64,000 nucleotides of DNA, taken from positions 84,864-148,863 of the forward strand of contig CAVYPQ010000007.1 in NCBI GenBank assembly GCA_963770425.1. Direction: 5' to 3'. The notes beneath the pieces are model-generated. The model did not search any database and was not told the DNA's origin. It was given only the letters and a program-made list of their open reading frames with translations. This stretch comes from an uncultured Alphaproteobacteria bacterium (lineage in GTDB: Bacteria > Pseudomonadota > Alphaproteobacteria > Rhizobiales > Xanthobacteraceae). Both the position numbers and the translations under genes were made by a program. Below, one piece after another: positions 20,821-31,000 of this stretch (the stretch's first letter is position 1; every line of letters starts with the position of its first letter).

Positions 20821-21530
20821 GCCGCCGCGCTCCCGTACAGGCAGCGTGCGAGCGCGGCGAAGCTCGTTCGGCAGGCAAGGTAGTCGTTCTGCTCGGCGGG
20901 ATGCTCGCCGAAATAGGTCCACTCGACGCGATTGACGACGTCGCGCAGCGGGTGGCGCAGGTCATCCGACAATTGTTTGCTGCGCAGGATTTCGCGGCTG
21001 GTCAGCGAATCGGCAAACTGTTCGTTCAACCGCACCCGGATTTCGGCGAGCGCCTGCAAGAGCAGCACGTGCATGGCCTCGACATAGCGGCCCTGCGCCG
21101 CGAGTTCGTCGGCGGCGCCGAGCGCCATGCCGGCGGCGGGCTGGCCGGTTTCCGCGGTGCCGCTCTCATCTCCGGTCCAATCGGCACCGCGGCTGATCCG
21201 AAACATCGGGATCATGTCGCGGAAGATGTAAAGCAGCATGCCCACGCCGGCGATGACGATGAGCCATAGGGTCTCGGGCGGCAGGTTGAGATCGAGCTGG
21301 AATGGCTCCGGCTGCCGCAACAGGTCGGTTTGCAGATCGAGCCGCTGGATTGCCTGTCGGGCAAGGGCTTGCGGGTCTTCGGGAGTCTGCGCGGCGACCG
21401 CGCCCATCCACGCAAAAGTGGAGGCAACTGTCAGGAGCGCGGCGCCCGCCGCAATCGCCGCTCGGCGGAGGCCTGTTGCACAGCCGGTTGCCTTGCCGAA
21501 CGGCATCGCCCCCTCAAGCATCCGCGACAC
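20817..21530 (-). CDS. DUF4129-domain membrane protein
   Basis: It has a signal/TM segment, a second TM (LWLIVIAGVGMLLYIF) and the C-terminal block SLTSREIL...RVEWTYFGEHPAEQNDY typical of DUF4129. Confidence 0.7.
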   Translation of the reverse strand: MSRMLEGAMPFGKATGCATGLRRAAIAAGAALLTVASTFAWMGAVAAQTPEDPQALARQAIQRLDLQTDLLRQPEPFQLDLNLPPETLWLIVIAGVGMLLYIFRDMIPMFRISRGADWTGDESGTAETGQPAAGMALGAADELAAQGRYVEAMHVLLLQALAEIRVRLNEQFADSLTSREILRSKQLSDDLRHPLRDVVNRVEWTYFGEHPAEQNDYLACRTSFAALARCLYGSAAA

Positions 21531-21625
21531 AGCGGCGCAAGCCGCTCACGCTTCCGTCCATTGTAACGGTTTGGCACAATGGGTCCACGCGCAAACGCGG
21601 CAAAAATGACAATTGGGGAAACGCG

Positions 21626-22603
21626 ATGAGAATTCGACGCCGAAAATTTTTGCAATGGACTGTCGCATCTGCGGCGCTTTCGTTGTCGCCGCGGCTCGCG
21701 CGTGCGCAAGCCTATCCGGCGCATCCCGTACGCCTTCTGGTCGGTTTCCCGGCCGGCGGCCAAGTCGACATCGTCGCGCGGCTGACCGCGCAATGGCTGG
21801 GACAGCAACTCGGCCAGACCGTCGTGGTCGAGAACAAGCCGGGCGCCGGTGGCAATCTGGGCGCCCAGGCCGTCATCAATGCGGCGCCCGATGGCTACAC
21901 GCTGTTCTTCGCGGCGTCCTCGAATGTCGTCAACACCACGCTGTTTGCGAATCTGCCCTACGACTTCGCACGCGACACCACGGCGATCACCACGGTCAAC
22001 AGCATTCCGCTGGTGCTCGAGTCCAATCCATCGTTTGCGCCGAAAACCGTGGCCGAGCTGATCGCCGCCGCGAAGGCGAAACCGGGGTCGATCAGCATGG
22101 GCTCGCCATCGGCCGGGACGCCGCCCTATTTGTGCGTCGATCTTCTGAACATGATGGCCGGCATCAAGACCGTGCACGTGCCTTATTTCGGCGAGAACCA
22201 GATGGTGACCGATCTGCTCGGTGGCCAAATTTTGGCCGCCTTCGGCGGCATCTCATCCAGCATCGGCCACTTCAAGACCGGCAAGCTGCGCGCGCTCGCG
22301 ATCACGACAGCGACGCGGCTCGAGCAATTGCCGGATGTGCCGACGGTCGGGGAGACGGTGCCGGGCTTCGCAGCGAGCGGCTGGAACGGCATCGTCGGGC
22401 CGAAGAACATGCCGCAGAATGTCGTCGACAAGGTCGCAAGCACGGTCAAGGCCATTCAGGCCGACGCCACATTCAAGGAGCGGTTGACCGCTGTGGGCGT
22501 CACCGAAATGGCAATGTCGCCCGCCGATTTCAGCAAGTTCATCGTGACCGAAACCGAGAAATGGGGAAAAGTGGTGAAGTTCGCCGGCCTCAAACCGAAA
22601 TAG
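21626..22603 (+). CDS. Bug/TctC-family substrate-binding protein with a twin-arginine signal
   Basis: Starts at MRIRRRKFLQWTVASAALSL..ARA (a Tat-like RRRKFL), followed by PVRLLVGFPAGGQVDIVARL...ENKPGAGGNLG...APDGYTLFF. Confidence 0.85.
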   Translation: MRIRRRKFLQWTVASAALSLSPRLARAQAYPAHPVRLLVGFPAGGQVDIVARLTAQWLGQQLGQTVVVENKPGAGGNLGAQAVINAAPDGYTLFFAASSNVVNTTLFANLPYDFARDTTAITTVNSIPLVLESNPSFAPKTVAELIAAAKAKPGSISMGSPSAGTPPYLCVDLLNMMAGIKTVHVPYFGENQMVTDLLGGQILAAFGGISSSIGHFKTGKLRALAITTATRLEQLPDVPTVGETVPGFAASGWNGIVGPKNMPQNVVDKVASTVKAIQADATFKERLTAVGVTEMAMSPADFSKFIVTETEKWGKVVKFAGLKPK

Positions 22604-22607
22604 ACTC

Positions 22608-22687
22608 GTCATTGCGAGCGAAGCGAAGCAATCCAGTTCTGCGCTGCCGGGCTGGATTGCTTCGTCGCTAACGCTCCTCGCAATGAC
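22608..22687. repeat. REP-like palindromic element (gtcattgcgagcgaagcgaagcaatccag family)
   Basis: Perfect-looking inverted arms: gtcattgcgagcg...caatccag / ctggattg...cgcaatgac. It lies in a convergent intergenic gap. Confidence 0.75.
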
Positions 22688-22699
22688 GAAGCGGAGGGC

Positions 22700-23876
22700 C
22701 TACGCCGCCTTCGATCCCCACAACTGTTTGCTCGCAATCGCGGCGCCGTCCGAGAGCGCGCGCAGTTTCGCCCACACAATCGAGTCGGCGACGATCGGCT
22801 CGGCGCGCACCGCAGTGCCGAAGCCGCAATCGACGCCGGCGATCAGCCGTTCGCGGTCGACCACCGTCGCGTAGCGGCCGATACGTTGCGCGACAAGGCG
22901 CGGGTGCTCGACGAAATTCGTCGTCGAATCGATGACGCCCGGAATGAGGATCTTGTCGTCGGGAATCTTCACCGACTTGAGATCCTCCCATTCGTGATCG
23001 TGACGCGGATTGGCGGCCTCGATGCTGAACGCCTGCACGCGCGCCTTGAAGGCGATGTCGATGATCTTGGTCACCGGCAGGTCGTGGTCGTGCGGCCCTT
23101 CGTAGTTGCCCCAACAGATGTGCAGGCGGATGCGATCCGCCGGGAGCCCTTCGATCGCGCCATTGAGGGCTGCGATATTGCGCTCGGCGATCTTGTTGCG
23201 GAATTCGTCGTCGGTCAGGTCGCGATACTGATTGTTGCGGCAGGAGCCGAGGTCCGGGCAGTCGATCTGCAGCACGAAGCCGGCTTCGACGATGGCGCGG
23301 TACTCGACTTTCAGGACTTCGGCCAGCGCATCGACGTAGGCCTGCTCGGTCGGATAATGCAGGTTGATGATGAAGCGCGTCAGGATTCCGGGCGACGGCG
23401 CGGTGACGAATGCTTCGGTCGGCTGCGCCTTCGCCACGGCGGCTTTGAGCCGCGCCAGATCGCGGTCAAGTTCGGTGCGGTCCTTGTAGCGCAGATCGCC
23501 GATGCAGCCGGGAAACGGCACGTCGGAAAACGTGCGGCGGCTGGCGCCGAAATCCGGATGCGCCAACAGATCGCGGCCGATCATGATGTCGCGCCCTTTC
23601 TCGGAGGCGCGTGGATCGGGGGCGATGCCGGTGACGCGATGGCGGATATACATCGTGTAGGACGGCTTCGACATTTCGCCGTCGCTGACCACGTCGATGC
23701 CGGCGGCGACCTGCTTGGCGACAATGTCGTCGGTCGCCTTGGTGACCTCGGCCTCCAGCATCTGCAGCGGTGATCGTGTCGTCCTTCTCGCGGCGCAGGA
23801 TCAGGTCGATCAGCGGCTTCGGCCGCGGCAGGCTGCCGGTGTGGGTGGTCAGAATGCGGTCTGTCGAGGTCTTCAT
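22700..23876 (-). pseudogene. cobalamin-independent methionine-synthase-like (MetE C-terminal-domain family) protein, one frameshift near 23770
   Basis: MKTSTDRILTTHTGSLPRPKPLIDLILRREKDDTIT (frame of 23466..23972) continues as LQMLEAEVTKATDDIVAKQVAAGIDVVSDGE... in ORF 22700..23761. Zn-ligand-like HICWGN and DCGFG motifs are present. Confidence 0.7.
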
Positions 23877-23971
23877 GTGGGCTCCGGCTTGGGGTGTTGA
23901 GTGGCGTTGTCGCCGCTGCAGCGCGCGGATAGTGTGCGCCCCACGCCCGTACGGCAAGGGAGGAAATTGCA

Positions 23972-24658
23972 ATGCGGATCGTCGATCTGAGCCGGGAACT
24001 GTACCACCGCACGCCGTCCTATCCGGGGCAGCCGCCCATAATTCACGGCATCTGGAAGACCCACGAAGAGGCGTTCGCCGAATCCGGCAACGTTCAGGGC
24101 AACAGCGTGATGTATTTCTCGATGCCCGATCACGGCGGCACCCACATCGACGCGCCGCGGCATTTCGGCAAGAGCGGTACGCCGATCAACGAGTATCCGC
24201 TGGAAAATTGCATCGTGCAGGGCATCTGCATCGACCTCCGTCACATCGCGCCGCGCGCCGAAATCACGCCGTCCGATCTGGAAGCCGCGGTGAAGAAGGC
24301 GGGCGTGCCGGTGCCGAAGAAGGGCACGGTGCTGCTCTGCACCGGCCATCACGAACGCACATTTCCGAAAGCGGCCTATGCGACCGACAATCCCGGCGTC
24401 AATGTCGCGGCCACCGAATGGCTGGCGCAGCAGGGCGTGGTGCATTTCGGCATCGACTCGATGCGGCCGGGCCCGGAAGGCAAGGTCAACTCGCTGGTGC
24501 ACAAGGCGTGCCTCGAACTCGACATCACGCACCTGGAAAGCCTGTGCAATCTCGAGTCGCTGCTCGGGCAGGGCGAATTCCAGTTCATCTGCCTGCCGCT
24601 GAAATGGCGCGAAGGCACCGGCTCGCCGGTGCGCGCGGTCGCGGTGTTCAAGGATTAA
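23972..24658 (+). CDS. cyclase family protein (kynurenine-formamidase-like)
   Basis: 228 aa. The DHGGTHIDAPRHF motif (HxGTHxDxPxH) is diagnostic of the family. SD GGGAGGAA lies upstream. Confidence 0.85.
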   Translation: MRIVDLSRELYHRTPSYPGQPPIIHGIWKTHEEAFAESGNVQGNSVMYFSMPDHGGTHIDAPRHFGKSGTPINEYPLENCIVQGICIDLRHIAPRAEITPSDLEAAVKKAGVPVPKKGTVLLCTGHHERTFPKAAYATDNPGVNVAATEWLAQQGVVHFGIDSMRPGPEGKVNSLVHKACLELDITHLESLCNLESLLGQGEFQFICLPLKWREGTGSPVRAVAVFKD

Positions 24659-24686
24659 AAGTAAAAAACCCAGAGCGCGTAACGAT

Positions 24687-24728
24687 CCGGGTTCTGCAGC
24701 GCATCACTCGTGCTGCGCTGCGCCCGGG
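24687..24728. repeat. REP-like palindromic element (ccggg..ctgcagcgcatcac..tgctgcgctgcgcccggg family)
   Basis: The reverse complement of the same element occurs at 48709..48751. Confidence 0.7.
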
Positions 24729-24773
24729 AAAAGTCGTCAGGGGAAACCCATGCAAATCGGACACAACCGGAAA

Positions 24774-26445
24774 ATGACCGGGGCGCAATGCCTCGCCGAC
24801 ATGCTCAAGGGCTACGGCGTCACCCACGTGTTTCATGTGCCGGCCGTGCTGCGCTCGACCTATGCGGAGATGGAAAAGCGCGAGACCGGCATCAAGCGCC
24901 TGCATGTGCACGGCGAAAAGGCCGCCGCCTACATGGCGGACGGTTATGCGCGCGCCTCGGGCAAGCCGGGCATTTGCATGGCGCAGGTGATCGGCGCGCT
25001 CAATCTCGCGGCCGGTCTGCGCGACGCCTGGCTCGCCCATTCGCCGGTGATCGCCATGACGGGCGGGCGCGAGCCGAAGACCAAGTTCCGCCAAGTCTAT
25101 CAGGAGGTCGACGACGTGCCGGCGTTCGAGCCGGTCACCAAGTTCAACGCCACGGTCGACGACGTGGCGCGATTTCCCGACATGGTGCGACAGGCCTTTC
25201 GCGCCGCGACGAGCGGTACGCCCGGGCCGGTGCATCTGCAGTTCCGCGGCAACGAAGGCCAGATCGACGCCGAGGAGGCGGAGATGGAGCCGCTCGTCGA
25301 GCCGCTGTTCGCGCGCGCGCCGGCGTTTCGGCCGCAGCCGGACGAAGCGAGCGTGCGCGCGGCGCTGCAAGATTCTCGAAGGCGCGGCGCGGCCGGTGAT
25401 TGTCGCCGGCGGCGGCGTGCGCGCCTCGGGCGCGCAGGCCGAACTGGTCGCGCTCGCCGAGGCGCTGCAGATTCCGGTCGCGACCTCGCTCAACGGCAAG
25501 GATTCGATCCCCGCCAGTCATCCGCTTTCGGTCGGCGTCGCCGGCACCTATTCGCGCGAGAGCGCCAACCGCGTCGTCAACGCCGCCGATCTCGTTTGTT
25601 TCATCGGCACCGAGACCGGCGGCATGACCACGCATTTCTGGGCGGTGCCGAAGATCGGCACGCCGACCGTGCAGATCAACATCGATCCGGAAGCGATCGG
25701 CCGCAATTATCCGTTCGAGGCCGCGGTCAACGGCGACGCCAAGGTGACGCTCGCGGCGATGTTGAAAATGGCGGATCGCGGCAGCGCCGACCGGCGCAAG
25801 GCGTGGGTCGCGGAGGCGCAGAAGATCGCCGGCGAATGGCGCAGCAAATACAAAGCTGCGCTTGAATCCGATGCGGTGCCGATCCGGCCGGAGCGGCTGT
25901 GCCATGAATTGTCGCAGCACGTGCCCGACGATGCCATCGTGGTGGTCGACACCGGTCATGCCGGCATGTGGATGGGCGGCATGTTCGATCTGAAAAGCCC
26001 GCGGCAGAGCTATATGCGCAGCGCCGGCCATCTCGGCTGGGCGTTTCCGGCCGGGCTCGGCGCCAAATGCGCGAGCCCGGAGCGGCCGGTCGTGACTTTC
26101 ACCGGCGATGCCGGCTTCTGGTACCACATCGCCGAGATCGAAACCGCGGCGCGCTGGGGCATCAACGCCGTCACCGTCGTCAACAACAACGGCGGCGGCA
26201 ATCAATCAAAGCGCGGCTTCGATCGCGTCTATGGCGGCCAGCAGACCGACGAGGCGCGCCGGTTGTGGACCTTCAGCAAGGTCAATTTCGCCCGCATCGC
26301 CGAAGACATGGGCGCGCTCGGCATCCGCGTCGAGCACGCCTCCGCATTTCCCGCCGCTCTGGCGCAGGCGCTCGCCGCGGGACGGCCGGCGGTGATCGAC
26401 GTCGTCACCGACATCGAGGCGCTGGCGCCGGTCGCGGTGACGTAA
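24774..26445 (+). pseudogene. thiamine-pyrophosphate-dependent enzyme (acetolactate-synthase-like), one frameshift near 25380
   Basis: The N-terminal Pyr domain in ORF 24750..25865 reads sensibly up to ...ASVRAALQ. It continues in ORF 25396..26445 as ILEGAARPVIVAGGGVRASG... The C-terminal TPP motif is GDAGFWYHIAEIETAARWGINAVTVVNNNGG. Confidence 0.75.
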
Positions 26446-26467
26446 GGCGCGTGCTCATGAATTCGCC

Positions 26468-26540
26468 ATGTCGGCTTTGCCCCTAAAGCGGACATCGCCG
26501 GGTGACCACGGTGTGTCCGCTTTGTGCCAGCAGCTGACAT
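26468..26540. repeat. REP-like hairpins (atgtcggctttgcccctaaagcggacat family), two copies
   Basis: atgtcggcttt...aaagcggacat and gtgtccgctttgtgccagcagctgacat are both self-complementary. They lie at the left border of the lower-G+C segment. Confidence 0.65.
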
Positions 26541-26661
26541 GCTTGGAGCTCGCGCGATGCTGTGCCGCGCATCAGACGAAAAGGACCGCTGTGCCCATGT
26601 TGGCCCAGAGACGCGTGTGTGACTGAAATCGATTGCTGCCGCCTGCGGCAAAATTACCTGG

Positions 26662-27964
26662 TCATCTGCCGCCCAGTGAGGCGGCCCTGGTGGCGGCGGC
26701 CTTGAACGCAGTCGCGCTGGTGAGCAGCGACGCACAGAGCAGCGATAGCGCGATCGCGCCGATCATGTAATAGGCCACGGCGGTTATCGTCCCAGTCCGG
26801 TTCAACAGCCAAAGCGCGATGATGGGGGCAACGCTACCGCCAAAAACGGCGCCGAGCTGATAGCCGAGGGACAGTCCTGAATATCCGATCCGGGTTTCAT
26901 AAATCTCAGCGAAGAAGGTCGCCATCGTGCCGTAACTCGCCGAATACGGCAGATACAGCAGCAAGAACGCGACCAGCCCCCAGATATAACTACCCGTGCC
27001 GTAAAGCCAAAGCCATGGAAATATAACAATAGCCATTCCCACTTGCGAAATTAGGAAGACCGTCTTGTGACCAATTTTATCAGAAAGTGCCGCAAAAGCC
27101 GGCATCGCAAAGAATACCAGGATTTGGCCAATCAATACGAAAGACAAGACTTCCGATCTGCTGAAACCGAGTTTGCTGATTTCCGGAAGTCACCCCGAAA
27201 ATGCTCGTTCCGTAAAACACGACGCCAGTGCCGACATACGCAGCCGCCGTGAGCAGCACACGACCGGGGTACTCACGTAATACGATGATTGCGGGAGCTT
27301 TCTCGATAGCGCCCTGTTGCTTCACCTCCTCGAACCGGGGAGACTCCGAGACGCGGAGCCGAATTACGAGTCCGACCGCGAGCAGTACGCTGCCGAGCAG
27401 AAATGGGATCCGCCATCCCCAGCTGAGTAGCGTGCTTTCGGGTAGTTGCGCGATAATCAGAAAGACGGCGTTTGCCAAAATAACACCGGCTGGCGCGCCC
27501 ATTTGAACCCAGCTGCCGTAATAGCCGAGCCTGCCGGACTTGGAGTGCTCAACAGCCATCAGGACGGCGCCGCCATACTCGCCGCCAATCGAAATGCCCT
27601 GAAGAATGCGCAGCAATACGAGGAGCAGCGGTGCTGCCACGCCAATCGACGCGTAGGTAGGCAAGAGACCGACAGCCGTTGTCGCCGTGCCCATCAGAAC
27701 GATGGTGGCTACCAGCAACGCCTTTCGGCCTATCCGATCGCCAAAGTGTCCGAAGATCAGGCCGGCGAACGGTCTCACGATGAAGGCGAGCGCGAAAGTG
27801 GAGAATGACAGCAAGGTCGCGGCCGCCGTGTCGACTGAAGGGAAGAAAAGCTTCGGCAAGAAAATCGCACTCGCGGTGCCGTAAATGACGAAGTCGTACC
27901 ACTCGATCGCTGTGCCGATGAGACACGCCATCGCCACTCTGCCGGCATTTGCCCGGGTTTTCAT
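26662..27964 (-). pseudogene. MFS transporter of the metabolite:H+ symporter (MHS) type, one frameshift near 27190
   Basis: ORF 27080..27964 (IEWYDFVIYG, GHFGDRIGRK, ILQGISIGGEYGGA) reads sensibly up to ...VFYGTSIFGV. It continues in the frame of ORF 26662..27147 (ISKLGFSRSEVLSFVLIGQILVFF...). G+C is visibly lower than in the flanks. Confidence 0.75.
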
Positions 27965-28036
27965 GATTTACCTCTGAAGGTAGTTCACGCCCGCAAACTT
28001 CAATTACGCAATTGAACTCCGGCCAATTCATCTCAA

Positions 28037-31000
28037 TCAAGCATTAAGCCCGCTGACTAGTAGCGGCTCCCGGTCAGGCTCAATGAGCGGCAGCGTTAAG
28101 CAAAAGACTGCGCCGCTCGGTATATTGGGCTCTGCCCAAAGCCAGCCACCGTGCGCCTCTACGATCGTGCGACATATCGACAAACCCATCCCCAGACCGC
28201 TGGCCTTAGTCGTGTAGAAAGCTTCGAAGATTCTCTCGGGGTTTATTGGTGGCAGTCCTGGCCCTGAATTGCTCACCTTTACGAGTATTGCGTCCGCGCC
28301 AGTCCTGGCGGTGCTGATCAATAGTTCGCGCGACCCATCACTCGCTGCGCTCATCGCTTCGATGGCGTTCATGATCAAGTTCAGGATTACCTGTTGCAAT
28401 TGGACTCTGTCACCCGAAATAGGTGACAGCTCCTTTGCTAGCTCCACCTTTGCCAAGACGTTATTCTCCGACATTGCAGCACGTGTCATGCCCATAACGT
28501 CCAAGATTGCCTCGTTGACCTCCACGCTTTCCTTCCGCATTGGCGCTTTTTTAGAGAGATCGCGAATCCGGCTTACAATATCGGTGGCACGCTTTCCGTC
28601 GTTGACAATATGATCAATTAGCTGTTCGGCCTTTTCCAAATTCGGCGGCTGACGGACGAGCCAGCGCTTAGCAGTCTCGGCGTTCGTTCGCAGAGCAGCG
28701 AGAGGTTGGTTGACTTCGTGGGCAATGGAGGCCGTGAGTTGTCCCATAATCGCGACACGGTTCGCGTGAGCGAGCTCTGCCTCAGCTCGCTTGCGCTCGC
28801 TCAGGTCGACGATGAAAATGACCGTGCCGCCTTGTTCGTCGAACCTTGCTCCTCCAATCAGCACGGGCACACGAGTGCGGTCTTTCCGGAAGTACTCCTT
28901 CTCGTATGGCCGCGCGGTTCCGGTCGTCCTCAGTTCAGCTATCGCCCGTGTGTCCCGATCATGCCATTCCGCCGGCGTTAACTCGGTTCTGCGCAACCGA
29001 CCCGCTGCGAGGTCCCCTCGGTCATAGCCGACGATCTCGAGAAACGCTTGATTGGCCTCCTGAACGTGGCCATCAAGATTCCCAATCAGAACCCCGATAA
29101 TATTAGAGTCAACAAGGCGCCTGACCTTTGTCTCTCGTTCGCGGAGATCGTTATAAAGGCGCGTGTTCTCCAGCGAGATCGCTGCCTGTGCCGCCAACAG
29201 TTCCAGCACAGCGATGCGATCGGCCGTGAACGCGTGAGATGTTAACGTATTTTCCAGCAGGAGAATGCCGGTCAATTGCGCTTGCTTTATAAGGGGAAGG
29301 CAGAGGATCGACTTCGATTGCCGGTCGTGCAGATAGTCGTCCCCGGAGAAAAGATTTGGCTTGGTGGCGTTGTCGAGGATCACGCTTTCCTGTACCCGAA
29401 TGACATAGCGGATGATGGATTCTGGACAGGTGATCCGGGTTACCGGCTTCTGCCGCATGGTGACTTCAATCTGATCGCCAGTCGCGCGCGCTTCGGCCTG
29501 GATCTGGTAGTCATCTCCTGAGGGTAGAATTAGAATGCCCCGGTCTGCGCCCGCGTTCTCGATGGCGATCGTCATCAACCGCTCAATCAACTTGGGCAGC
29601 TCGATTTCGCTGGACACGGCCTGAGAGGCTTTGACGACGCTTACGGCGTCCAGATTCTGGACTGCGGAGACCTCGGCACCCTCAGGACGTTGCGCTTCGG
29701 AGGCGGCCAAATGCGGATAAAGCTGTTCGAGCTGGACGACCTTTCCGTCAGCGCCCCAGCGAAGATAACAGCTCCTCGCCTTGCGCAAATAGGTGTCGGC
29801 GAATTCATCGAAGCCGTGTGATATATAGAATCGGGCGGCCATCTCATAAGCCACGCCTTCGTTCTGGACGAAGCCGTTTTCGCGGGCCGAGTGAATGGCT
29901 TGCTCGTAGAGGCGCATGGCGTCGGCTTGCCGCCCATCGAGACGAGCGATCTCAGCACACACCAGTGCGTGCCGGTCACCGTATGTCGGCGGATTGCTTT
30001 CGGTCCACTCGCGTAGTTGTTCGCTGCATTCTGTCAGAAGTGCGCTCCATGCCTGCTGCCGATCAGCCGCCGCCGTCCCATATAGCGCCGACACTGTTAG
30101 TGCGGCGTAATAGAAATAGTCTGGCAGCACGGTCTGACCTGCTACGTCCGGGAGGAGCGCCTTCGCTTTTTCAGCTGCCGCCAGAGCGTCCCCGTAGTCC
30201 CCCGATAAGAATCGGGCTTTTAGTTTGATGACCCAATATCCGCAGGTCAGCGTAGTCATCCGGATTCCGATCAGCCGCGATTCGAACGTTGCCTCCTCGA
30301 AATGAGCGTCGCTAAAAGTGGAGAAGGTCGCGGTCCGCCCCTGCATTGTCGCGATGAAACGACGATGGCTTTCGAGGCGGGTCAGGGCATCATCGAACCT
30401 GGCTTCCCGGGCGAAATCCAACGCGAGATCCGCTTCGCGCCGTATCACGTCGAGTGGATCGTTCCGCAACAAAAGAAATTGAAGATTATGCCACATCGCG
30501 AGGCAAGCGATGGCCGGTTCACCCGTCTCAATCGCCGCCCGAAGCCCCTTCCGCTCGAAATCGATCGCCGCCGAGATTGGATGCGTCCAGAACGCAACTA
30601 CTCCCGAAATGACGTAAACCATTGCCTGACTAGTGACGAGGGAATGCTTGACGACTAGATCGCATGCAAGCTTGGCGAAGCGATAACCGTCCTCGTAACG
30701 ATGAAATATAGCTCCGAGTATGAATCCCCAAGTGACGAAAGCGTATGCGGAGGCGTCGCTAGTCCCGTGTCGTAAGCTGATCTGCACCATGCGGGACACC
30801 AGCACGCAATACAAACGGATGTCGCTGGAATAAGCGGGTACCAAGATGACCGCGAAGATCTGCATGGCGGCCTGAAGTTCGGGATCGATCATCAGCGGCA
30901 GCTCAATCAGGCTCTCTATCGGGCGCCCATCGAGGGCTTTCCAGAGCGTCTCGTATTCGGCCTGGACCTGTTCGTGGGTGGGACGCGCTGGAATGTCGAT

